DNA of 64,000 nucleotides, from positions 2,542,001 to 2,606,000 of the forward strand of contig OZ374559.1 in the NCBI GenBank assembly GCA_977862235.1, read 5' to 3'. The notes beneath the pieces were generated by a model. It was given only the letters and a program-made list of their open reading frames with translations, did no database searches and was not told the origin of the DNA. The DNA is from Dudresnaya verticillata (taxonomy: Eukaryota). The position numbers and the translations under genes are program-made. Below are positions 48,605-58,435 of the stretch, in pieces (the first letter of the stretch is position 1; each line of letters opens with the position of its first letter).

Positions 48605-50179
48605 ATGACTGGCAATAACGGTTCTTCCTCGCCTTCAGTATGCACCACCCGCCCACTGCTGAAGATCGGCAGTCAGGACTCTGATTCCATCCGCCAGCTC
48701 CAAGAAATGCTGAACAATATTGCCGGCTCCAATCTCACTGTGGACGGTGTTTTCGGCAAGGACACCAGAACGGCCGTTCAGGACTTCAAGCGAGAAAATG
48801 GGCTTGCCGCCAACGCAGTTGTTGGCCAAAAAGCATGGGACGCTCTGTGTGAGAAATACAGTGGTCCCGAAGACAATACTGAGAACCCAGACAGCAGTGG
48901 TGGCCCAGATGTATGCTCTACTAAGCCGAACCTCAGGTGTGGTTCTACCGACAGCGCGTCTATTCGCCAACTGCAGGAAATGCTTAACAAGTATGGCGGG
49001 CAGAGCCTGAGTGTGGACGGAGTGTTTGGTCCCTACACTGAACAGGGTGTGAAAAATTACCAGACGAACAACAGACTGATAATCGATGGTATTGTCGGAA
49101 ATCAGACGTGGACCTCGCTGTGCGGTAAGTGTGATGGTAGTGGTTCCGGTGGTGAATCCGGTACCCCCGATGTATGCTCTACTAAGCCAAACCTCAGGTG
49201 TGGTTCTACCGACAGCGTGTCTATTCGCCAACTGCAGGAAATGCTTAACAGGTATGGCGGGCAGAGCCTGAGTGTGGACGGGGTGTTTGGTCCCTACACT
49301 GAACAGGGTGTGAAAAATTACCAGACGAACAACAGACTGATAATCGATGGTATTGTCGGAAATCAGACGTGGACCTCGCTGTGCGGTAAGTGTGATGGTA
49401 GTGGTTCCGGTGGTGAATCCGGTACCCCCGATGTATGCTCTACTAAGCCAAACCTCAGGTGTGGTTCTACCGACAGCGTGTCTATTCGCCAACTGCAGGA
49501 AATGCTTAACAGGTATGGCGGGCAGAGCCTGAGTGTGGACGGGGTGTTTGGTCCCTACACTGAACAGGGTGTGAAAAATTACCAGACGAACAACAGACTG
49601 ATAATCGATGGTATTGTCGGAAATCAGACGTGGACCTCGCTGTGCGGTAAGTGTGATGGTAGTGGTTCCGGTGGTGAATCCGGTACCCCCGATGTATGCT
49701 CTACTAAGCCAAACCTCAGGTGTGGTTCTACCGACAGCGTGTCTATTCGCCAACTGCAGGAAATGCTTAACAGGTATGGCGGGCAGAGCCTGAGTGTGGA
49801 CGGGGTGTTTGGTCCCTACACTGAACAGGGTGTGAAAAATTACCAGACGAACAACAGACTGATAATCGATGGTATTGTCGGAAATCAGACGTGGACCTCG
49901 CTGTGCGGTAAGTGTGATGGTAGTGGTTCCGGTGGTGAATCCGGTACCCCCGATGTATGCTCTACTAAGCCAAACCTCAGGTGTGGTTCTACCGACAGCG
50001 CGTCTATTCGCCAACTGCAGGAAATGCTTAACAGGTATGGCGGGCAGAGCCTGAGTGTGGACGGGGTGTTTGGTCCCTACACTGAACAGGGTGTGAAAAA
50101 TTACCAGACGAACAACAGACTGATAATCGATGGTATTGTCGGAAATCAGACGTGGACCTCGCTCTGCAGTAAATGCTAA
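48605..50179 (+). CDS. Tandem peptidoglycan-binding-domain (PG_binding_1-type) protein, 6 repeats of ~87 aa
   Basis: Each unit has L..G....IRQLQEML...G..L.VDGVFG..T...VK.YQ..N.L..DGIVG..TW..L. DNA period 261 bp. TATATAA at ~48474. Confidence 0.9.
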   Translation: MTGNNGSSSPSVCTTRPLLKIGSQDSDSIRQLQEMLNNIAGSNLTVDGVFGKDTRTAVQDFKRENGLAANAVVGQKAWDALCEKYSGPEDNTENPDSSGGPDVCSTKPNLRCGSTDSASIRQLQEMLNKYGGQSLSVDGVFGPYTEQGVKNYQTNNRLIIDGIVGNQTWTSLCGKCDGSGSGGESGTPDVCSTKPNLRCGSTDSVSIRQLQEMLNRYGGQSLSVDGVFGPYTEQGVKNYQTNNRLIIDGIVGNQTWTSLCGKCDGSGSGGESGTPDVCSTKPNLRCGSTDSVSIRQLQEMLNRYGGQSLSVDGVFGPYTEQGVKNYQTNNRLIIDGIVGNQTWTSLCGKCDGSGSGGESGTPDVCSTKPNLRCGSTDSVSIRQLQEMLNRYGGQSLSVDGVFGPYTEQGVKNYQTNNRLIIDGIVGNQTWTSLCGKCDGSGSGGESGTPDVCSTKPNLRCGSTDSASIRQLQEMLNRYGGQSLSVDGVFGPYTEQGVKNYQTNNRLIIDGIVGNQTWTSLCSKC

Positions 50180-52125
50180 TATGCAAGGCCTTGGAGCCAG
50201 TTTATGGAAGCTGGGTACGAATGCGATCGAAAGTGAATATCTTAGGTAGCAGGGGAGACATCAACTGAGTATTGCTCTTCTATGTGTATACACCGGGGAG
50301 CGTAGCATTCTCATGTGCTTGAAATGTTAGCGATGGTAAACTATACTAGAAGCTTTATTGCTTGCTGGCTGAAAGGAATGGGCCCTAATTCACAGAAGGA
50401 TCGCGTTTAGAAATTCCTTCTTGTGCTTGATGCGTTAGTCTTAATAGAGTCCGAATATTATCAGCAGAACCCACGTTGAATTTTCAATCCATGACTCGAG
50501 CTGACGGGCGGCCGTCATGCTGTTCTCTCCTTGAAAACAATTTCTTTTCGGACAGCTTAAGACAAAGAAGAAGACGTAGTGGGACTCCAACTTTGACTAT
50601 CGCACCAACTAGCATATAGATACTGAAGTGGGGTAAACCGAAAAGATACTCTTGACCATAATTGTTTTGTGAGAGAGACGCGTAGGTATCATGGATCCCT
50701 ATTCGTGAAGAAATGTCCTGGAACTATCCTGAAGTGAGGTAAAACGATACTTGAAGCCGTCCGGAAGAAAAGCCCTTTGAACTTGAAATAGATCTCATTG
50801 CATGTGGGTAGGGAGGGTGGGAAGGAAAAATCCTTGCCTTCTTCCTCGGCGTCGCGGCGGAGCAGACGCATTTAGCAGAATCCATCCCTGTTGCTCGCGG
50901 GCGCAACTGTCTCGGGTGCAGCTGCTGGAATCGAGGCGCTGGAGGCACTGACTTGAAGTGCTCCTGTTACATGTGGAGCTGGGTATCAGCTCCCGGCGAT
51001 AGAAATCCATTTCATCAATGATACCAAAATCATCCAAATGAGAACCATACTATTGGGCCTCTTTGATTATGGAACAGGATGTACCACACAGGAAGGAGCC
51101 GGGCAAGCAAAGCGCGCGATCGTGGTGAACACAGGAAGCCCGACCTACAACCGGGAACGATGGTTGAAGCCATCAATTAAAGCTGAGTAGATGTTGGGAC
51201 AATGGGGAGGGGACCGGATGAAAACAACTCTTCCGCGGGTGTCAAACAAAGTCGGTGATCGAAGTATAGTTCTGGCATGTTTGTCGTTTGTGTAAAGTTC
51301 CCAATTTTGTTTGAATGGTAACGTGAATTCAATGGCAGAGCACGGAAACCTGTCGAAGAACTCATCAAATAGTCCTGTCAACTTCTACCAGAAGTGCTTT
51401 AGAAGCATTTCACCACTAGAGGGAGAAATCTTTATTACGAAAGTAAGAGAGAAGCCCCTTAAGGGGGCCTAGAAAGTAGAAGAACTGCAAAATTGGAGGG
51501 CAGAAAGAGTTTTCCTGCTATTTACGCTCACCGCTACGCATTGGAGAGCCATAGAAGGGAAACAAGTAGTGGGGTTAAAAGTTTCTCCGTAGTCGAAGAG
51601 ATACTGCCCTTGCTCATAATGAAGTTGGCTAGCGCTGGGCATTAAGCTTAAAACCGGGGCTAACACGACCATAGATGTCCAAAACCATTGGATGAAGGGT
51701 CGTACTCAAACTACAGCGCACACAGCAGTATTGAGAACTCTTGACGGGTTCGTGGATACGGTAAAACCAGATGATCGTCCTCGCGCCCGTAGTACAGACT
51801 ATTTTTATTTGCACGTTCAGATTCGTATATGCATTAATGAAGTTCTCCCGCTCTCCTCTCCTTAGGCCTCTCCTCGATTATGCCCGGTATAAGTCGGCCT
51901 ACGGGAATTTTCTTACAAGGCGCACTTAGCACATTTCATCTCCCCACTTCGCCGACGACATCATTCCAATAGGATAATATGTTTAGCTTCGGTAAGGACT
52001 GAACAATACTTAATGAACAGCTTTGGAGCCGTGTCTTCGTCTAGTTCCTGTCTACGCCCATCACCCTGCCCGAGTCAATCAGTGAAGAAGCCAGCCAACA
52101 ACTCCACCCTGAATTACACAACGCC

Positions 52126-53121
52126 ATGGTGAAGGGACACAAAGAAGGAGCAAATCCCGAAGCGGGGAGAATCGACAAAGCTCACGGGTCGCGCAGAGCA
52201 AACGGTCTCGAGGTAAAGACTGGAGCTTTCCTCAGTCTTTTGTACAACGCCCCCAATAACACTATTGCAGTCAAAGATGCAAGTGATCAGCTCGGGTTTC
52301 GTGTTCGCCGCCTCTACGATATAACGAGTGTTCTAGCTACAATTGGAGTTCTCAAGAAATGCAAAAGAGGTTTAGTAATGCTGGATGAAAATTTTGCAAG
52401 GGCCTATCCTTCCAATTCTCGTGCTGGATCCAACCCTCAGCACCAGAAAATGGCTACGGGAACTTTCTCACATAATGCAACGATAGCGTCGGACCCCAGC
52501 CTACGTGATGGGAACGTTTCGATGAGAGAAAGGACTGGGCTTCTCGAACAAAATGTTAGCAGCCTACGCCAGCAAGCAGATCTGGCCTACAGAAAGTTGA
52601 AATCCCATCAACGACGCCTCGATGAATTTTATCAGCTCGGCCCGATTCGATATATTCTACCGGAAGAGGGAAACAGAAGTGGAGAGATTATTCGGGGAGA
52701 TCACGTGATAGCAACCAATGTACAGATGGACTCGAGTACGCCCATGCTCGTCCCGTGCCTAGGTGGCCCCGGAAAGAAAAGTCATTGGAAAATTTCACTG
52801 CCTCGTCTGCATGGAGTTATTGCCGCCATTCCGGCAACGCGTGCAATTACAGTACCTCTGGAAAACCAGGAGACGCATGCGGAGCCGCAACGGAATTGGA
52901 AAACACTAAATGTTGCCGATGAAGAGCCCGGTAAAGGTTTTGTATCGTCGGAACTCTCCGAAGAAGCCAACCGTTTTGGCCATGTACCCCATGACATAAA
53001 TCTCTGCGAAAATACAGAAGTGGAGACTTTGGCAGAGTCAAGTTCAAGCCCAGCACAATTGGACGCGGACAGATTTTTCGACTCGATATTCAATGAAAAG
53101 GGACCTGCTGACCAGACTTGA
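52126..53121 (+). CDS. E2F: Divergent E2F-family transcription factor (winged-helix DNA-binding domain plus coiled coil), intronless
   Basis: GL...T..FL.LL...P...I.V..A...LG..VRRLYDITSVL..IGVLKK matches the E2F/DP RRxYD signature. It is followed by a heptad segment and an acidic C-terminus. Confidence 0.8.
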   Translation: MVKGHKEGANPEAGRIDKAHGSRRANGLEVKTGAFLSLLYNAPNNTIAVKDASDQLGFRVRRLYDITSVLATIGVLKKCKRGLVMLDENFARAYPSNSRAGSNPQHQKMATGTFSHNATIASDPSLRDGNVSMRERTGLLEQNVSSLRQQADLAYRKLKSHQRRLDEFYQLGPIRYILPEEGNRSGEIIRGDHVIATNVQMDSSTPMLVPCLGGPGKKSHWKISLPRLHGVIAAIPATRAITVPLENQETHAEPQRNWKTLNVADEEPGKGFVSSELSEEANRFGHVPHDINLCENTEVETLAESSSSPAQLDADRFFDSIFNEKGPADQT

Positions 53122-55273
53122 GCAGACCTGAGAACTATACAGTCTGGATTCATGCTCTTCCCTTCTCTCAATCATAGAGAAACATGCTGGAGGCATAAAG
53201 AAAATTTGAATTTGATAGAGAGATAGAAATGGTAGTTGCTTCAAAGAATATAACAATAAAGATCAAAGTTGAGTAGAACCTTTTAGAATTGTGATTTGCC
53301 ATCTTCCTAGAACGCTCAGACTAACAAAAAGTACTTATTTTATGTATGTTTAATGGTGATACTATGAGCTGTACCTCACATCAACACTTATAAAATCTGT
53401 GGTTACTATCACGCAGCAGCAGGAATAATTACATAACTTAACATAAAAGTACACCAACATGTATCATTAAGATTTGATCTCAATATAAATACAGTCATGC
53501 CTAAATGTTCCTGTTCATAGTATTCCAGTATACATGCATTCGCAGCACATTAAATAGTTCCATTAGGTTTCTCTTCAGATAAATAATTGCCGAGGTGCTA
53601 TCGAGAGTCCCAAACTCCCCAAAAAGGGACTCACTAGTTAAAGCCCCTAGCAACAAAGTGGTATACGCTGCAATTTGCAATATGGCAGAATCGGAAAGAC
53701 CTACTCAAGGTAAGATCCGAATCCAGGAGGATAGAGCTCAGTCGACTAGAATCGCCGACCTTCGCTCAATGAGTTGCGGGGAAGCAAGCTGGTGATATCG
53801 AAAGGATGCTTCAGCAGCTACTAGTTTCCGCAAATTCGGACTGGAAAGGGAAATCTATGAACGTCCCTTCAGCGAACTCTGGGACACGCATACCTTCATC
53901 GAATCAAGATTTGATCGGTCCTGGCTCAGCCTTCCAAGGCGCCGCCGAAAACGCTAGCGACAATATTGACACCTGGAGCTGTCTGACAGATAGCTCAGGG
54001 GTATCGCGTGTTTGATACAATTGACATCCTTTAGAAGGATCTATGGGGCGGTTCACTTGTTATTACGTGGTTCGAATTGTGCGAACTGCACGCCTTTAAC
54101 ACATTACTGTTTGAAGGAAACATAACTGGGGACTGGGTATATGCTACCAGAGAAATCCCAGATAAGCAGAGCAACAGGTTTATCATTACAATAAACCCCT
54201 CAAGTGTTCATTGCATGCGTTGGGCTTAGTGGTGGCTCCAGATAGAATTATCACATTGCTCTAGCATCGTTGAACTCCGAGAATCGAAGTAGGAAGGGAT
54301 GATCAGCGGGCAGGTCCGCTCATATCTCCCGGGCCAAGGCACCAAGAGCAGCGTCGCTGGCAGGGCAGTTCAAAATAAGGCAAGTTCGATGGCGTTCTGT
54401 GTACACAGGCAGGGAAAACGGGAAGTCGACATACTCGGTATTGGAGGTTGGCGTTTCTCGTTGTTCGTCTTGCTTCAAGAAAGCTGTGAAAAAAGTGCTT
54501 CTCTCTCTCATGATGATGATGTACGTGGGGCGTCAATTAGACTCAGGAAGCCCATTTTTCTCACCGAGGGATCTAAAACAGCCCCCGTGAGAGTGAGTGA
54601 TGGTAAACTTTTATGTGAGTGGAATGCATCGACGAGTGCAGTTTTTTTTGCCGGAGGTGCCAATATGTTCGACCGTGGAAAATCCGGTGGTTTCATTGGG
54701 CGACACAAAAATTGAACGAGTCATGCGGTGTCTGCAGAAGAAACTGCGGAGTGACGCGAATTTGATTGGTGAAGAGTCGAACGCTCTCTTCAAGCCGCGC
54801 GTATCGGGAGCAAAGCGATCTTGGGAAGCCAGCGCCTCTTTTCTAGCTGTACCCGGACGGACGAATCCAATAGTTTGCCCAAGGCGGAAAGCAGCAGAGC
54901 GCCAGATCACTTTGATAGATTGGTAAGACCTTCCAAATCATGACAGACGGGAACTTTGCGCTTGTTCGAGTCATAGATTTGAACTCAAAAGACTAACGTT
55001 TGCAATGCCATACCGGGTTTTCTTCAGTAGCGAAAATGACCAGACTTACAATTACAAAGGGGTTCAGCTAAATGTACTAGTCAGAGTCTGCGCTCTAGTT
55101 TGAAGAACGACAACGATATTTACAGCAAGACAATTAAGCCTGAAGATAACTCGATCTGCGATGGAGCTCTCCTGATGATTGCTTCTATGACTGTTCTTGT
55201 CCTTTCTTCTCACTGGTGAGAAGAAAGGACATTTTCACTGTTCTCACTGGTGAGAAGAAAGGACAAGAACAGT

Positions 55274-55617
55274 CATAGAAACAGTCATCAGCTGCAGTTT
55301 GCCAAGGGGAGGGTAATAACTTCCCCAAACATTAACGGCAGTAAGGCAACTGCAGAAGCCGCTGGTGCCAACTTTTATCCACATCCATAGAAACAATCAT
55401 CAGCTGCAGTTAGGCAAGGGGAGGGTAATAACTACCCCAACATTAACGGCAGTAAGGCAGGTGGAGAAGCCGCGAAGCAGCTGCCAACTTTTATCCACAT
55501 CCATATAAACAAAATCATCAGCTGCAGTAAGGCAAGGGGAGGATAATAACTATTCCAAACATTAACAGCAGTAAGGCAGCTGGAGAAGCCGCGAAGCAGC
55601 TGCCAACTTTTATCCCC
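55274..55617. repeat. Three tandem ~115-bp repeats (single copy in the paralogous segment at ~61870)
   Basis: CATAGAAAC..TCATCAGCTGCAG...CATTAAC.GCAGTAAGGCA...TGCCAACTTTTATCC three times. Confidence 0.85.
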
Positions 55618-56608
55618 GCAGGCAGTTCTGCTTTATCCCATTGGGTGATGCCTCCGTGGCTGTGCAAATTTTTGTGAGGCCGCAATAGGCACTTGCAGCA
55701 CAAGGTACGGCAGGGCTCAACACTGTTATTGGATGGTTCTTCTAGTTGGCTCGAAATCAACCAATCGCAAGTTGTGCTCCTTACTCGCACTTAACAAAAT
55801 GTGTGCTCTTTCGCTCTTCACACATCTCGCGTCGATGGGTATTGTTGCCAACCAAAAGCACTGTCACCGCTATACGAACAACCTCTGCAAACGAAAGGCC
55901 TCCCCTCTGCGAAGGATCTGGGACATTTATTTATTCATTCTCGACCTACGCTTATCCCGCAAGGATAAATCTAACGATGCAGCCATGTATTTCCCCTGTT
56001 ATAAACCCTACTTCGTCGAGCTCCTCGTACGAAATACAAGGAAAGGTTCCGAAAGAAAAGACAGTACCTTGTTTCCGGTACTCGATAGTAAGTGAGAGCG
56101 ATGAAACGTGAAACGTGGCCAACGAATCCTTCTATTCATCGATTGATAGGATATCAGCTTGCGCATATCACTGTACAGTCTGTAAGGTGAGGTGAGGTGA
56201 GGAGATTCTATCTGAGTCACGGCCTCCTCTACTTTGCCGCTTCTCTGGAAATCAAAGTCCCCCCTTACGACGCATTATGGAAAGCATAAAGATTCTCTTT
56301 CTCTTACGAAATTTTCCCCTTTCCACTGCATTGGCAAGTGTGGCAGGTCCAGGCCAACCAATTCTCTCCTACGCCCGGACTTCTCAATCTCTGCTCCTGT
56401 TCCCACTCTCCCCTCACTGATAACCACTATAAAAACCGACCCCTGCTCTCCGCATACCTTCTAACCCAACAGCACAAGTTATCAAGTTCTCCTCATCGCT
56501 CAAAAGCCTCATCTCAAAACACCTTCTCCATCCTCGAGCCTTCAAAGCCTGAGTGCTCTAGACGTTCCTCTCGTACTTCATCCGAGCACAACTCTTCCAC
56601 CCTCCAAA

Positions 56609-58435
56609 ATGACCTACGGCAATAACGGGTCTTCCCTTCCGCCTGTGTGCACCACCCGCCCGATGTTGAGTTGCGGCAATCATGACTCTGGCTCCATCCG
56701 CCAGCTCCAAGCATTGCTGAACAAGTGTGGTGATGCCCATCTCACTGTGGACGGAGTGTTTGGTCGCCACACTGAGAATGCTGTGAAAGATTATCAGCGG
56801 AAGAACGGGCTGACTTGCGATGGTATTGTTGGCAACCACACTTGGTCTTCCCTTTGCAGTAAGTGCGGTGGCAATGATTCTGGTGGTGGATCTGGTCTTC
56901 CGAGTGTCTGCTCTACTCGCCCGAACCTCAAGTGTGGATCTCATGACAGGGATTCTATTCACCAACTACAGGAAATGCTTAACAAGTGTGGAGGCTACCA
57001 CCTGACTGTGGACGGAGTGTTTGGTCGCCACACTGAGAATGCTGTGAAAGATTATCAGCGGAAGAACGGGCTGACTTGCGATGGTATTGTTGGCAACCAC
57101 ACTTGGTCTTCCCTTTGCAGTAAGTGCGGTGGCAATGATTCTGGTGGTGGATCTGGTCTTCCGAGTGTCTGCTCTACTCGCCCGAACCTCAAGTGTGGAT
57201 CTCATGACAGGGATTCTATTCACCAACTACAGGAAATGCTTAACAAGTGTGGAGGCTACCACCTGACTGTGGACGGAGTGTTTGGTCGCCACACTGAGAA
57301 TGCTGTGAAAGATTATCAGCGGAAGAACGGGCTGACTTGCGATGGTATTGTTGGCAACCACACTTGGTCTTCCCTTTGCAGTAAGTGCGGTGGCAATGAT
57401 TCTGGTGGTGGATCTGGTCTTCCGAGTGTCTGCTCTACTCGCCCGAACCTCAAGTGTGGATCTCATGACAGGGATTCTATTCGCCAACTGCAGGAAATGC
57501 TTAACAAGTGTGGAGGCTACCACCTGACTGTGGACGGAGTGTTTGGTCGCCACACTGAGAATGCTGTGAAAGATTATCAGCGGAAGAACGGGCTGACTTG
57601 CGATGGTATTGTTGGCAACCACACTTGGTCTTCCCTTTGCAGTAAGTGCGGTGGCAATGATTCTGGTGGTGGATCTGGTCTTCCGAGTGTCTGCTCTACT
57701 CGCCCGAACCTCAAGTGTGGATCTCATGACAGGGATTCTATTCACCAACTACAGGAAATGCTTAACAAGTGTGGAGGCTACCACCTGACTGTGGACGGAG
57801 TGTTTGGTCGCCACACTGAGAATGCTGTGAAAGATTATCAGCGGAAGAACGGGCTGACTTGCGATGGTATTGTTGGCAACCACACTTGGTCTTCCCTTTG
57901 CAGTAAGTGCGGTGGCAATGATTCTGGTGGTGGATCTGGTCTTCCGAGTGTCTGCTCTACTCGCCCGAACCTCAAGTGTGGATCTCATGACAGGGATTCT
58001 ATTCGCCAACTGCAGGAAATGCTTAACAAGTGTGGAGGCTACCACCTGACTGTGGACGGAGTGTTTGGTCGCCACACTGAGAATGCTGTGAAAGATTATC
58101 AGCGGAAGAACGGGCTGACTTGCGATGGTATTGTTGGCAACCACACTTGGTCTTCCCTTTGCAGTAAGTGCGGTAACAATGATTCTGGTGGTGGATCTGG
58201 TCTTCCGAGCGTCTGCTCTACTCGCCCAAACCTCAAGTGTGGATCTCATGACAGGGATTCTATTCGCCAACTACAGGAAATGCTTAACAAGTGTGGAGGC
58301 TACCACCTGACTGTGGACGGAGTGTTTGGTCGCCACACTGAGAATGCTGTGAAAGATTATCAGCGGAAGAACGGGCTGTATTGCGATGGTATTGTTGGCA
58401 ACCAAACTTGGTCTTCCCTTTGCAGCAAGTGCTAA
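56609..58435 (+). CDS. Tandem peptidoglycan-binding-domain protein, 7 Cys/His-rich repeats
   Basis: Same PG_binding_1-type motif, 261-bp period, TATAAAAA at ~56428. Confidence 0.9.
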   Translation: MTYGNNGSSLPPVCTTRPMLSCGNHDSGSIRQLQALLNKCGDAHLTVDGVFGRHTENAVKDYQRKNGLTCDGIVGNHTWSSLCSKCGGNDSGGGSGLPSVCSTRPNLKCGSHDRDSIHQLQEMLNKCGGYHLTVDGVFGRHTENAVKDYQRKNGLTCDGIVGNHTWSSLCSKCGGNDSGGGSGLPSVCSTRPNLKCGSHDRDSIHQLQEMLNKCGGYHLTVDGVFGRHTENAVKDYQRKNGLTCDGIVGNHTWSSLCSKCGGNDSGGGSGLPSVCSTRPNLKCGSHDRDSIRQLQEMLNKCGGYHLTVDGVFGRHTENAVKDYQRKNGLTCDGIVGNHTWSSLCSKCGGNDSGGGSGLPSVCSTRPNLKCGSHDRDSIHQLQEMLNKCGGYHLTVDGVFGRHTENAVKDYQRKNGLTCDGIVGNHTWSSLCSKCGGNDSGGGSGLPSVCSTRPNLKCGSHDRDSIRQLQEMLNKCGGYHLTVDGVFGRHTENAVKDYQRKNGLTCDGIVGNHTWSSLCSKCGNNDSGGGSGLPSVCSTRPNLKCGSHDRDSIRQLQEMLNKCGGYHLTVDGVFGRHTENAVKDYQRKNGLYCDGIVGNQTWSSLCSKC

